A stretch of 64,000 nucleotides of DNA. Source: an uncultured Pelagibacteraceae bacterium. GTDB lineage: Bacteria; Pseudomonadota; Alphaproteobacteria; Pelagibacterales; Pelagibacteraceae. Made by a program: the position numbers and the translations under genes. The notes under the pieces were generated by a model. It searched no databases. It saw nothing but the letters and a program-made list of their open reading frames with translations, and was not told where the DNA came from. Shown here piece by piece: positions 40,142 through 50,161 of the stretch. Position 1 is the first letter of the stretch; each line of letters begins with the position of its first letter. The stretch covers positions 15,887 to 79,886 of the forward strand of contig CACKIN010000003.1 in the NCBI GenBank assembly GCA_902600205.1, given 5' to 3'.

Positions 40142-41770
40142 ATGAATTCAAACAAACTTAATATATGGTTTCTAAGCTCTTTATTAGTTTCATTACTTGT
40201 TATTATTCCAATTATAACCGTTTCAATTAGTTTTTTTGAAGAAACCTCTCGATATTTTGAAATTTTAAAATCCACTTTTCTATTTGAGTATATTCTTAAT
40301 TCTTTATTGCTTTTGATTGGTGTTTTAATTTTAACTTTTATCTTGGGAGTAGGAGCATCATATTTAGTATCGTTTTATGAATTTCTTGGAGTTAATTTTT
40401 TTAAATGGGCTTTAATTTTATCTTTTGCAATTCCACCTTATATATATGCATATTCGTTATTTGCCTTCTTTGATAATTACGGAACAGCATTTACTATATT
40501 AAAGACCTTATTTGGTGAAGGCGAATTTAATCAACATATACCAAAATTTGACGGTATGTTTGGATTAATTTTGTCAATTTCATTTTCACTTTACGCTTAT
40601 GTTTACATATTAGGAAGATCTTCATTTTTATATCAATCACAAAACTTAATTGAACTTGGAAAAAACTTAGGTTTTTCCAAATTTAAATCTTTTTTTTTTA
40701 TTATATTACCTGCTTCACGACCCGCAATTGTTGCAGGTCTATCTTTAGTTGCAATGGAAACATTGGCAGAATTTGGAGCTGTTGACTTTTTTTCAATTAA
40801 TACTCTTACAACAGGTATTTATAATGCATGGATAACATTTGATGATTTAGCTTTTGCAAATAGAATATCTTTTTTTCTACTATTATTCATATTTATTTTA
40901 TTTTTAACAGAAAAACTATCTAGAAAAAAAGCAAAATATCATTTGGACTCTAGAGGTGGATTTAAACAAAAAGAAAAAATAAAACTCTCAGGTATAAATT
41001 CTTTTTTTGCTTTCTTGTTTTGTTTTCTATTATTTTTTTTTAGTTTTTTATTTCCATTAAGTCAAATGGTCTATTGGACAATTAAATTTCCAGAAAACTT
41101 TTTTGATGTAAATGTAATGAACCTTTTATTAAATACTTTATATTTAGTGACACTATCCAGTATTGTTTTAATATTTTTTGCATTGCTTTCAAATTATGGT
41201 AACCGTGTTTCAAAAAATAAAACTCTTAATTTTTTATCGACACTATCAATATCAGGATATGCAATACCAGGTGTAATATTAGCTGTAGCCTTTATAACTT
41301 TTATTGCATGGTTTGATAATAATATAATTAAATCTCTTGGTTTTTTATCTATTAAAAAAATATTTATTGGGTCAATCTTAGGATTAATAATTGTTTATTT
41401 CATTCGTTTTTATTCATTAGCATTTAATGGGATTAAATCTGGTTATGAAAAAATAAATTTTTCAGTTGATGAAAGTGCCTATCTACTTGGTTATTCAAAA
41501 AGAAAGACTTTTTTTAATATCCACATTCCATATTTAAGAAATTCACTTTTATTTGTAATTATACTAATTTCGCTAGAGATAATTAGAGAATTACCAATTA
41601 CCTTAGTTTTAAGACCTTTTAATTTTGAAACATTTGCAACAACAGCATATATTTCTGCATCCGAGGACATGCTTGAGGCAGCAGCAGTACCATCATTATT
41701 TTTAATTTTAATTGCAGCTTTTTTTATTACAATATCTTCTAAATATATTTTAAAAGATAATAATGAGTAA
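40142..41770 (+). CDS. Fe(III) ABC transporter permease (FbpB/SfuB type)
   Basis: Duplicated permease domains, LPASRPAIVAG, METLAEFG, RELPITL.LRPFNFET. Confidence 0.92.
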   Translation: MNSNKLNIWFLSSLLVSLLVIIPIITVSISFFEETSRYFEILKSTFLFEYILNSLLLLIGVLILTFILGVGASYLVSFYEFLGVNFFKWALILSFAIPPYIYAYSLFAFFDNYGTAFTILKTLFGEGEFNQHIPKFDGMFGLILSISFSLYAYVYILGRSSFLYQSQNLIELGKNLGFSKFKSFFFIILPASRPAIVAGLSLVAMETLAEFGAVDFFSINTLTTGIYNAWITFDDLAFANRISFFLLLFIFILFLTEKLSRKKAKYHLDSRGGFKQKEKIKLSGINSFFAFLFCFLLFFFSFLFPLSQMVYWTIKFPENFFDVNVMNLLLNTLYLVTLSSIVLIFFALLSNYGNRVSKNKTLNFLSTLSISGYAIPGVILAVAFITFIAWFDNNIIKSLGFLSIKKIFIGSILGLIIVYFIRFYSLAFNGIKSGYEKINFSVDESAYLLGYSKRKTFFNIHIPYLRNSLLFVIILISLEIIRELPITLVLRPFNFETFATTAYISASEDMLEAAAVPSLFLILIAAFFITISSKYILKDNNE

Positions 41771-42821
41771 AAATTTTTTAGAAATTAAAAATGTTGACTT
41801 TATAGTTAGTGGTCAAACCAAAGTAAAAAACGTCTCTTTTTCAATTCAAAATGAAGGCGATATAATTTGTCTATTAGGGCCATCTGGAATAGGAAAAACA
41901 ACAATTTTAAGAACTATTGCTGGCTTAGAGAAGATCGTTAATGGATCAATAACAATAAATAATAAGTTAATGTCCTCAAAAAACAAACATGTTGAACCAG
42001 AGGACCGAAATATATCACTTGCTTTTCAAGAAAATAGTTTATTTCCTCACTATAACGTAGAAAAAAATATTTTAATTGGTACTGAAAAAAAAAGTAAAAA
42101 GAAAAAGAAAATAAATCCAAAAGAAATAATTAGTTTTTTAAACCTAAAAAAAATATTAAATAAATATCCTCATGAAATAAGTGCTGGAGAAGCTCAGAGA
42201 GCATCGCTTGCAAGATCATTAGTTTCTAATCCAGATTTACTTCTTCTAGATGAACCACTTTCAAATGTTGATCAAAGTTTTAAAGAAGAAATTCAAGTTG
42301 AGTTAAAACAATTATTAAGCAAATCTAAAATAACAACTATTATTGTAACACATGACTCATATGAAGCTTTTTATTTGGGAAGCAAGTGCGGAATTATTTT
42401 AAATAAACAACTTAAACAATTTGACGACCCATACAATGTTTATCATTTTCCAAATTCAATTGAGGTTGTAAATTTTTTAAATAGAGGAATTTTAATTCCA
42501 GCAAAAGTAACAAGTGAGAATAGTTTAGAAAATAAAGATCTAGGAACAATCCAAGGCAATTTTGTAAAACATTACCCTAATGGATCTGATGTTAAACTTT
42601 TATTGCAACCTGAAGATCTAGAGCATGATGACAAAAGTAATTTAAAGTTGGAAGTAGTTGATCGAAAATTCAGAGGAACAAATTTTATCTACACCCTTAA
42701 AACTGAAAGTAATTTACAAATTCCTGTATTCGTACATTCTCATCATATTCATCAACATGAGATAGATGAAAAATTTGGTATTAAAAGACCAATTCATATT
42801 GACCACATTGTCTGTTTTTAA
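41763..42821 (+). CDS. Fe(III) ABC transporter ATP-binding protein
   Basis: GPSGIGKTT, ISAGEAQR, LLLDEP, VTHD; His-rich C-terminus (HSHHIHQH). Confidence 0.92.
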   Translation: MSKNFLEIKNVDFIVSGQTKVKNVSFSIQNEGDIICLLGPSGIGKTTILRTIAGLEKIVNGSITINNKLMSSKNKHVEPEDRNISLAFQENSLFPHYNVEKNILIGTEKKSKKKKKINPKEIISFLNLKKILNKYPHEISAGEAQRASLARSLVSNPDLLLLDEPLSNVDQSFKEEIQVELKQLLSKSKITTIIVTHDSYEAFYLGSKCGIILNKQLKQFDDPYNVYHFPNSIEVVNFLNRGILIPAKVTSENSLENKDLGTIQGNFVKHYPNGSDVKLLLQPEDLEHDDKSNLKLEVVDRKFRGTNFIYTLKTESNLQIPVFVHSHHIHQHEIDEKFGIKRPIHIDHIVCF

Positions 42822-42845
42822 TTATTATTGTACGTTAATAAATCC

Positions 42846-45290
42846 ATGGATAAAGAATTACCAAAAAGCTCAAAAGTTGTAGTAATTGGAGGTGGTGTTG
42901 CAGGCACATCATGCGCATACCATCTTGCTAAATTTGGCTGGAAAGATGTCGTTTTATTAGAAAGAGATCAATTGACATCAGGAACAACTTGGCACGCTGC
43001 CGGTCTTATGGGCCAATTAGGAGCATCATCAACTATAACAAAACTTAGAAAATATACTTTAGATCTTTACCAAGATTTAGAAAAAAAGACTGGTTTATCA
43101 ATTGGATTAAAACAAAATGGTGCAATTACAGTTGCAACAACAAATGATAGAATGCAAGAGTTACTAAGACAAGCAACGACAGCTCAATTATCAGATGTTG
43201 AAGTGCAAGTTTTAGATAAAAAACAAACAAAAGATTTATACCCAGTATTAAATAACGAGGATATTATTGGAAGTGTTTTTATGCCTAAAGATGGACAAGC
43301 TGATCCAGTAGGTGTCACTAACGTTTTAGCAAAAGCAGCTAGGATGGAAGGTACAAAAATTTTTGAAAAAACACCTGTTACAAAAATTTTAGTCAAAAAT
43401 AAATCTATAGTTGGAGTAGAGACTGAAAAAGGAAAAATAGATTGTGAATATGTTGTTCTAGCTACCGGTATGTGGTCAAGGCAAATTGGTGAAAAAATGA
43501 ATGTGAGTATTCCATTATATCCTAATGAACATTTTTATGTGATCACGGAGCCGATGAAAGATCTACCTACAAATTTACCAGTTTTGAGAGATTATAATAA
43601 TTGTCTTTATCTAAAAGAAGATGCTGGGAAAATGTTAGTTGGAATTTTTGAACCAAATGCCAAACCTGCTTTTAAAGATACTGGTATTGTACCAGAAAAT
43701 TTTTCTTTTGGAGAATTGCCAGATGACTTTGATCATTTTGAACCTTATTTAAAAAAATCTTTTCATAGATTGCCAATGTTAGAAAATGCTGGAATTAGAA
43801 AATTTTTCTCTGGCCCAGAATCTTTTACACCTGATACACAATATTTATTAGGAGAGACTCCAGAGATAAAAAACTTTTTTACCTGTTGTGGTTTTAATAG
43901 TATTGGTATAGCAAGTTCAGGTGGCGCAGGTCGAGTTACTGCTGAATGGATGATCAATGGACATATTAATGAGGATTTATTCTCTGTAGATATAAAAAGA
44001 TTTCAACAATTCCATTCTTCAAAAAAATTTATTATGGAAAGAGTTACAGAGACTCTTGGTGATTTATATGGAATGCATTGGCCATATAAACAACATAAAA
44101 CTTCAAGAAACCAAATTACTTTACCATACCATGAAGAACTAAAAAAATTAGGTGCTTGTTTTGGATCTTCAGGCGGTTTTGAGAGACCTATGTGGTATTC
44201 TTTGAATGGTGCAAAAGCTGAATATGAATACAGTTTTGGTTATCAAAATTGGTATCCATCTGCTGAATATGAGACCAAAAATACAAGAAAAAATGTCGGT
44301 TTATTCGAATTAACACCTTTTTCTAAATTTGATGTTGCTGGAGAAAATGTCCATGATGAATTACAAAAATTGTGTACAGCGAACATAAAAGATGTTGAGG
44401 GTAGATCAACTTACACCCAGATGCTAAATGAAGATGGTGGTATAGAGACAGATGTAACTATAACTTGCCTGACTAAAAATCATTTTAGAATAATAGGTCC
44501 AGCTGCAACAAGAGAACACGATAAATTTCATATAAAAAAATACCTCTCAGAAAAAATAAACTTTAAAGATGTAACAGAGGATTTTGCATGCTTAGGATTG
44601 TATGGACCAAATACTAGAAAACTATTATCAAATATAAGTGATGATGATTTTTCAAATGAAGGAATAAAATTTAGTCATGGTAAAAAGGTGAATATAGATG
44701 GAATTGATGTTTGGGCTCAAAGATTGTCATATGTGGGTGAAATTGGATTTGAATTATATGTAAAAATAGATGATAGCAAAAAACTTTTCTTAACCATAGT
44801 CAATGAAGGTAAAAATCATAATTTATCTCTATGTGGGGCGCACGCAATGGATATAATGAGAATGGAAAGTGGGTTTTTACATTGGGGGCATGATATATCC
44901 CCCGAGGAGAATCAATACCAAGCAGGACTTCAATTTGCTATCAGTTATAAAAAAAATATTAATTTTATTGGAAAAGAAGCTTTACTAAAAATTAAAGATC
45001 AAAAACAAAAAAAATTGTTGGCAATGATGGTTCTTAAAGATAATAAACCAGGACAACCTCTACTGCTTCATGAAGAACCGATTTACTTAGATGATAAAAT
45101 AATTGGTAGAACAACTTCAGGTAATTATTCATTCAATTTTGAAAAAAATATATCTTTTGGTTATGTAAATTCTGGAAATACAATTGAAAATTTACTTGAT
45201 AAAAATTTGTCTATTGAAATAGAAAAGAAAAAATATCCTGTTTCATTAATTCAAAAGCCACTTAATCAAAAAAATATTAAAAATGCCTAA
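42846..45290 (+). CDS. Sarcosine dehydrogenase-family flavoprotein (paralogue 3)
   Basis: LTSGTTWHAAG, GPESFTPD, GFNSIGI, YVGEIGFELY; ATG 42846 preferred. Confidence 0.9.
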   Translation: MDKELPKSSKVVVIGGGVAGTSCAYHLAKFGWKDVVLLERDQLTSGTTWHAAGLMGQLGASSTITKLRKYTLDLYQDLEKKTGLSIGLKQNGAITVATTNDRMQELLRQATTAQLSDVEVQVLDKKQTKDLYPVLNNEDIIGSVFMPKDGQADPVGVTNVLAKAARMEGTKIFEKTPVTKILVKNKSIVGVETEKGKIDCEYVVLATGMWSRQIGEKMNVSIPLYPNEHFYVITEPMKDLPTNLPVLRDYNNCLYLKEDAGKMLVGIFEPNAKPAFKDTGIVPENFSFGELPDDFDHFEPYLKKSFHRLPMLENAGIRKFFSGPESFTPDTQYLLGETPEIKNFFTCCGFNSIGIASSGGAGRVTAEWMINGHINEDLFSVDIKRFQQFHSSKKFIMERVTETLGDLYGMHWPYKQHKTSRNQITLPYHEELKKLGACFGSSGGFERPMWYSLNGAKAEYEYSFGYQNWYPSAEYETKNTRKNVGLFELTPFSKFDVAGENVHDELQKLCTANIKDVEGRSTYTQMLNEDGGIETDVTITCLTKNHFRIIGPAATREHDKFHIKKYLSEKINFKDVTEDFACLGLYGPNTRKLLSNISDDDFSNEGIKFSHGKKVNIDGIDVWAQRLSYVGEIGFELYVKIDDSKKLFLTIVNEGKNHNLSLCGAHAMDIMRMESGFLHWGHDISPEENQYQAGLQFAISYKKNINFIGKEALLKIKDQKQKKLLAMMVLKDNKPGQPLLLHEEPIYLDDKIIGRTTSGNYSFNFEKNISFGYVNSGNTIENLLDKNLSIEIEKKKYPVSLIQKPLNQKNIKNA

Positions 45291-46081
45291 TGTTTAAAAT
45301 TATCCCCAAAAAAAATAAGGCAGCAGAGATTATTTGTAATCTTAATAAAATTAATAAAAATGAATTGAAACAAATAAAATCTACACTTGATAAATATGGT
45401 ATGATTTATTTTCCAAAACAAAAGCTAAATTCTAGAAATTATCTAAATTTTGCACAAAAATTTGGGAAACCTGCGAACTATCCAAGGTTGAGAGGATTAA
45501 ATAAAAAATACCCACAAATTACTGTTGTACAAAGAAAATCTTCAGACAAGGGACCAAGCTTTGGTGAACAATTTCATACAGACTCTTCATATACAAAAAA
45601 ACCTCCACGATACACTATGTTGCTATCAAAACTGGTGCCTAAAAAAGGTGTTGCAAATACTGAGTTTTCCTCACAGTATTTAGCATATGAAAATCTGACT
45701 AAAAATCACAAAATTAGACTTAATAAATTAAAAGGTATTTACTCATCGCATGGACCTATATCAATTACTACAGTTGAAAGAGAGAAAGAAAAAGGAAAAA
45801 TTTCTAAAGAATTAATTGCCAGTCACAAGATTATTAAAACTATTAATAATAAAAAAACTATATACTGTAGCCCTGGACACTTTATAAAATTTAACACAAA
45901 TATGACTAAACAAAAAAACAAATTAAAGAATTTTTTATTCAGTCACCAGACTAAAAAAAAATTTCAATATGCTTTAGAATGGGAAAAAGACCAGCTTGCT
46001 ATTTGGGATAACAGAGCAATGCTTCATCAAGCTACTCCTTTTAAAGGAAATAGAATTCTTCATAGAATAACAATATTATAA
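45290..46081 (+). CDS. TauD/TfdA family Fe(II)/2-oxoglutarate dioxygenase
   Basis: FHTDSSY (HxD), WDNRAMLH, RILHR. Confidence 0.88.
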   Translation: MFKIIPKKNKAAEIICNLNKINKNELKQIKSTLDKYGMIYFPKQKLNSRNYLNFAQKFGKPANYPRLRGLNKKYPQITVVQRKSSDKGPSFGEQFHTDSSYTKKPPRYTMLLSKLVPKKGVANTEFSSQYLAYENLTKNHKIRLNKLKGIYSSHGPISITTVEREKEKGKISKELIASHKIIKTINNKKTIYCSPGHFIKFNTNMTKQKNKLKNFLFSHQTKKKFQYALEWEKDQLAIWDNRAMLHQATPFKGNRILHRITIL

Positions 46082-46085
46082 TTAA

Positions 46086-47015
46086 ATGTATTCGATCTTT
46101 CTTGGGTTAACACCTTTTATTTTTATAACTTTACTTGGATTTATATTTGGAAGACTAAAAATATTTGATCTAAGCCATGCAAAAGTTTTAAACTTATTTT
46201 TATTCTACGTTGCAGTGCCTGCATTAATTATAAAATTTGTTGCACAGAGTGAAATTGGCCAGGTAGACATTAAGCAAATAATTTCATATTTTTTAATGCA
46301 AGCTAGTCTAGGTTTGCTTACTTTTTTTGTAACAAGTAAGTTTTTTAAAAGACCCATACCTGAGTCAATTATATGGTCACTAATGGTTTCCTTGTCTAAC
46401 CATGTAACTTTATTATTACCAATTACAAAAATTTATTTTGGAACAGAAGTTATAACGCAAGTTACCAGTATAATATTAATGGATGGAGTAATATTACTAT
46501 CTGTGATTACTTTTTTCTTAGAATTAACTACAAAAAAAAATATTAAATTACTGTTTTTTCTAAGGAATGTGACTTTTAATCCAATGATATTTTCAATTTT
46601 AATTGGACTTTTGCTTTTTATATTTAACTATAAAATTGATAATACGCCGATTGATTACGTGCTATCTGTTTTAGCGGCCTGTGTTTCTCCTGTTGGTTTG
46701 TTTGCAATTGGTATTACTCTTTCTTTTTATACTCACAAAGTTATTAATAAATTAACTTCAACTATCTCTATTTTAAAGTTGGTAATATCTCCGTTAATTT
46801 TATTAATCATAGCATTTATATTTTTTGATGCTGGATTACCTGAAAAAATACCAGGTGCATTTTTTGTAAGTGTAGCACCTTGTGGACACACTGCGGTAGT
46901 ATTATGTTCAGCTTACAATGTTAGTCCTGAAAATATTATTAAAGCTCTATTTATTTCTACTTTTGCCTCTATAGGCACAATTTTTTTTGCAATTCAATAT
47001 CTACAAGTTGCTTAG
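46086..47015 (+). CDS. AEC family (MdcF/MleP-like) transporter
   Basis: About 10 TM, YVAVPAL, NPMI, P.GLFAIG, KLVISP. Confidence 0.82.
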   Translation: MYSIFLGLTPFIFITLLGFIFGRLKIFDLSHAKVLNLFLFYVAVPALIIKFVAQSEIGQVDIKQIISYFLMQASLGLLTFFVTSKFFKRPIPESIIWSLMVSLSNHVTLLLPITKIYFGTEVITQVTSIILMDGVILLSVITFFLELTTKKNIKLLFFLRNVTFNPMIFSILIGLLLFIFNYKIDNTPIDYVLSVLAACVSPVGLFAIGITLSFYTHKVINKLTSTISILKLVISPLILLIIAFIFFDAGLPEKIPGAFFVSVAPCGHTAVVLCSAYNVSPENIIKALFISTFASIGTIFFAIQYLQVA

Positions 47016-48065
47016 AACTTTACTAGCACATTCTGTGGTATTGCTATCACCATCTAAATCTTTTGTTCTATTATTCTTCTCTAATAAAGTCTTTTCGATT
47101 GATTTTACTATTCTTGATGCAGCCTCTTTTTCTCCCAAGTAATCTAACATCATGGCACCAGACCATATTTGTCCCACGGGATTAGCAATACCTTTTCCTG
47201 CTATATCTGGGGCTGAACCATGTACCGGTTCAAATAATGATGGATATTTGTTTGTAGGGTTAATATTTCCAGACGGTGCAATGCCTATAGTTCCAGTACA
47301 TGCTGGACCTAGATCTGATAAAATATCTCCAAACAAGTTTGAAGCCACGACAACATCAAACCATTCAGGAGTTAAAACAAATCTAGCAGTTAATATATCA
47401 ATATGAAATTGATCAGTTTTAATTTCAGGATAGCTTTTCTTGTTTTCATTAAATCTTTCATCCCAGTAAGGCATAGTTATTGATATACCATTAGATTTTG
47501 TAGCATTGGTTAATTTTTTTCTTTTACGTTTTTTTGCTAATTCAAATGCAAACTTTTGTACTCTGTCTATCCCATGCTTTGACATAATAGTTTCTTGAAT
47601 TACAATTTCTCTTTCAGTATTTTGATACATCTTTCCACCAACTGAGGAATACTCTCCCTCTGTATTTTCTCGAACTATCATCATATCAATATCGCCAGGT
47701 TTCTTATTAGCTAGTGGGGCATTAATACCTTCAAATAATTTTACCGGTCTTAGATTTATAAATTGATCAAATTCTCTTCTAAACTGAAGTAGTGATCCCC
47801 ATAATGTAACATGATCTGGGTATCGATCTGGCATTCCAACTGCGCCAAAAAATATAGCATCATGGCTACCAACTTTATCCTTCCAATCATCAGGCAACAT
47901 TTTTCCGTGTTTTTCATAATAATCACACGATGAAAAATCAAATTCATCAATTTGTAATTTGAATTGATGTTGATTGGCAACCTCTTTTAAAATTTTTTGA
48001 GCTTCTGGAACTACTTCTTTACCAATTCCATCTCCTGCAATGGATGCAATTTTATACTTTTTCAT
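47001..48065 (-). CDS. Tartrate dehydrogenase / D-malate dehydrogenase (decarboxylating)
   Basis: GDGIGKEV, PDHVTLWG, RENTEGEYS, TKSNGISITMPYWD, SNLFGDILSD, EPVHGSAPDI. Confidence 0.88.
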   Translation of the reverse strand: MKKYKIASIAGDGIGKEVVPEAQKILKEVANQHQFKLQIDEFDFSSCDYYEKHGKMLPDDWKDKVGSHDAIFFGAVGMPDRYPDHVTLWGSLLQFRREFDQFINLRPVKLFEGINAPLANKKPGDIDMMIVRENTEGEYSSVGGKMYQNTEREIVIQETIMSKHGIDRVQKFAFELAKKRKRKKLTNATKSNGISITMPYWDERFNENKKSYPEIKTDQFHIDILTARFVLTPEWFDVVVASNLFGDILSDLGPACTGTIGIAPSGNINPTNKYPSLFEPVHGSAPDIAGKGIANPVGQIWSGAMMLDYLGEKEAASRIVKSIEKTLLEKNNRTKDLDGDSNTTECASKVLSNL

Positions 48066-48067
48066 TT

Positions 48068-49102
48068 TTATTTTGTGAAAGTATCGTTAAATTGTTTCGC
48101 AACTCTTACAAAAGTAGTACATTTACTTAATTGTTTTAATGAAGGTGCACCCACATATGTGCAACTACTTCTAACGCCACCTAGAATATCTTGAATTGTA
48201 TCTTTTATTTTTCCTCTATATTTAATTCTTACTGTTCTTCCTTCACTACTTCTGTAATTTGATAATCCTCCATAATGCTTTTTATTTGCTGTTTCAGAGC
48301 TTGAACCATAAAATTCAATATATTTTGAGCCGTTTGATTTAACTATTTTCCCTTTACCTTCGTCGTGACCTGCAAACATTCCACCTAACATTACAAAATC
48401 CGCACCACCACCAAAACCTTTTGCAACATCTCCAGGACATGTGCATCCACCGTCTGCAATTATATGAGCTCCTAAACCATGTGCTGCATCAGCACATTCA
48501 ATCACAGCACTTAATTGAGGGTAGCCAACTCCTGTTTGAATTCTTGTTGTACAAACACTTCCTGGACCAATCCCAACTTTTACAATATCTGCACCTGATA
48601 AAATAAGTTCTTGCGTCATGTCTGCAGTAACTACATTTCCAGCTATAATAGTTTTTGTAGGATATTTATCTCTTACAGATTTAAGAAATTTACTAAAGTA
48701 CTCAGAATAACCATTAGCAACATCAATACAAATGAACTTTATAAATCCAAATTCTCTTAAAACTTTGTTTAAATTTTCAAAATCTTCTTTTTTAGTACCA
48801 ATGCTAATAGCTATATTTTTATAAATAGATTTAATTTTTTTAAATTGCTTTATTTTTTTTACATCATGTTGTTTAGTTAAACATGTAATCATGCCATATT
48901 CAGATAATTTCTCAGCTACTCCAAGCTCTCCAACCCCATCCATATTTGCAGCCATTATAGGAATACCCGACCACTCATTTTTACTATATTTAAATCTGTA
49001 TGTTCTTAGAAGATTTACATCTTTACGACTTTGTAGCGTACTTCTTTTAGGTCTAAAAAGGACGTCTGAATAATCTAGTTTTAATTCTTCTTCAATTCTC
49101 AC
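48068..49102 (-). CDS. guaC: GMP reductase
   Basis: [47 protein letters not shown]; GTG 49102 preferred. Confidence 0.95.
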   Translation of the reverse strand: MRIEEELKLDYSDVLFRPKRSTLQSRKDVNLLRTYRFKYSKNEWSGIPIMAANMDGVGELGVAEKLSEYGMITCLTKQHDVKKIKQFKKIKSIYKNIAISIGTKKEDFENLNKVLREFGFIKFICIDVANGYSEYFSKFLKSVRDKYPTKTIIAGNVVTADMTQELILSGADIVKVGIGPGSVCTTRIQTGVGYPQLSAVIECADAAHGLGAHIIADGGCTCPGDVAKGFGGGADFVMLGGMFAGHDEGKGKIVKSNGSKYIEFYGSSSETANKKHYGGLSNYRSSEGRTVRIKYRGKIKDTIQDILGGVRSSCTYVGAPSLKQLSKCTTFVRVAKQFNDTFTK

Positions 49103-49207
49103 AAATCCGAATTTATACAGGTGCACAAAGTAAATTCAAATTAAATATTATTAGTATTGATACTAAGCTTTCATTAGTTATACTTTCAAAAATTCATATT
49201 ATTAAGC

Positions 49208-50086
49208 ATGTTTAAAGGTTTTAAGTCAAAATACGTAAAAGTTAGAAAAGGTAAAATTTTCTGCAGAGTAGGAGGTAAGGGTCCGCCGTTACTTTTGCTT
49301 CATGGTTATCCACAAACACATTTAATGTGGCACAAGACTGCTCTAGAATTATCGAAAAAATTTACGGTTATTGCTGCAGACCTGAGGGGATATGGTAATA
49401 GTTTAGCTCCACCCTCAGATAAAAATCATTTTAATTATTCCAAAAGAGAAATGGCAAGTGACATGAAACAAATAATGGTAAAATTAGGTTATTATAAATT
49501 CTTTGTAGCTGGACATGATAGAGGAGGAAGAGTGGCTCACAGATTAGCAAGGGACCATAGAAAAAATATATTAGCTTTGAGTGTTTTAGATATTTGCCCC
49601 ACATTAGATATGTATGAATTAACAACTAAAGACTTTGCTAAAGCATACTTTCATTGGTTTTTTTTAATTCAACCTAAATGGCTACCTGAAAGAATGATTA
49701 TGAGTGATCCAAGAAAATGGATGAAAAACTGCCTAGATAAATGGTCTGGAAATCATAAATTTGGAAAAGTTGAAGAAGGTTATTTAAAATGTTTTAAGCA
49801 ACCAAAAAGAATTCATGGATCATGTGAAGATTATAGAGCTTCCGCAACAATTGACTTGGATCATGATAAAAAAGACAGAAAGAAAAAACTAAATATTCCT
49901 ATTCAAGTATTGTGGGGAAAAAAGGGTGTAGTTGGTAGACAGTTCAAACCAGTAAAAATTTGGCAGAAATATACAACTAAAAAAATTGAAGGACATGCAA
50001 TAAATTCAGGTCATTTCATTCCAGAACAAAACCCAAAAGCAACTGTAAAATATTTAACCAATTTTTTTTTAGATAAAATTAGCTAA
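49208..50086 (+). CDS. Alpha/beta hydrolase, haloacetate (fluoroacetate) dehalogenase-like
   Basis: HGYPQT, GHDRGGRV nucleophile elbow, YFHWFF, CEDYRA, GHFIPE. Confidence 0.8.
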   Translation: MFKGFKSKYVKVRKGKIFCRVGGKGPPLLLLHGYPQTHLMWHKTALELSKKFTVIAADLRGYGNSLAPPSDKNHFNYSKREMASDMKQIMVKLGYYKFFVAGHDRGGRVAHRLARDHRKNILALSVLDICPTLDMYELTTKDFAKAYFHWFFLIQPKWLPERMIMSDPRKWMKNCLDKWSGNHKFGKVEEGYLKCFKQPKRIHGSCEDYRASATIDLDHDKKDRKKKLNIPIQVLWGKKGVVGRQFKPVKIWQKYTTKKIEGHAINSGHFIPEQNPKATVKYLTNFFLDKIS

Positions 50087-50161
50087 TTTATGTGTTTTGA
50101 TGTGATCAATGATCGCGCATATCATTCTTGATTATAATTTATTCGCCCTTAAATATAATCT

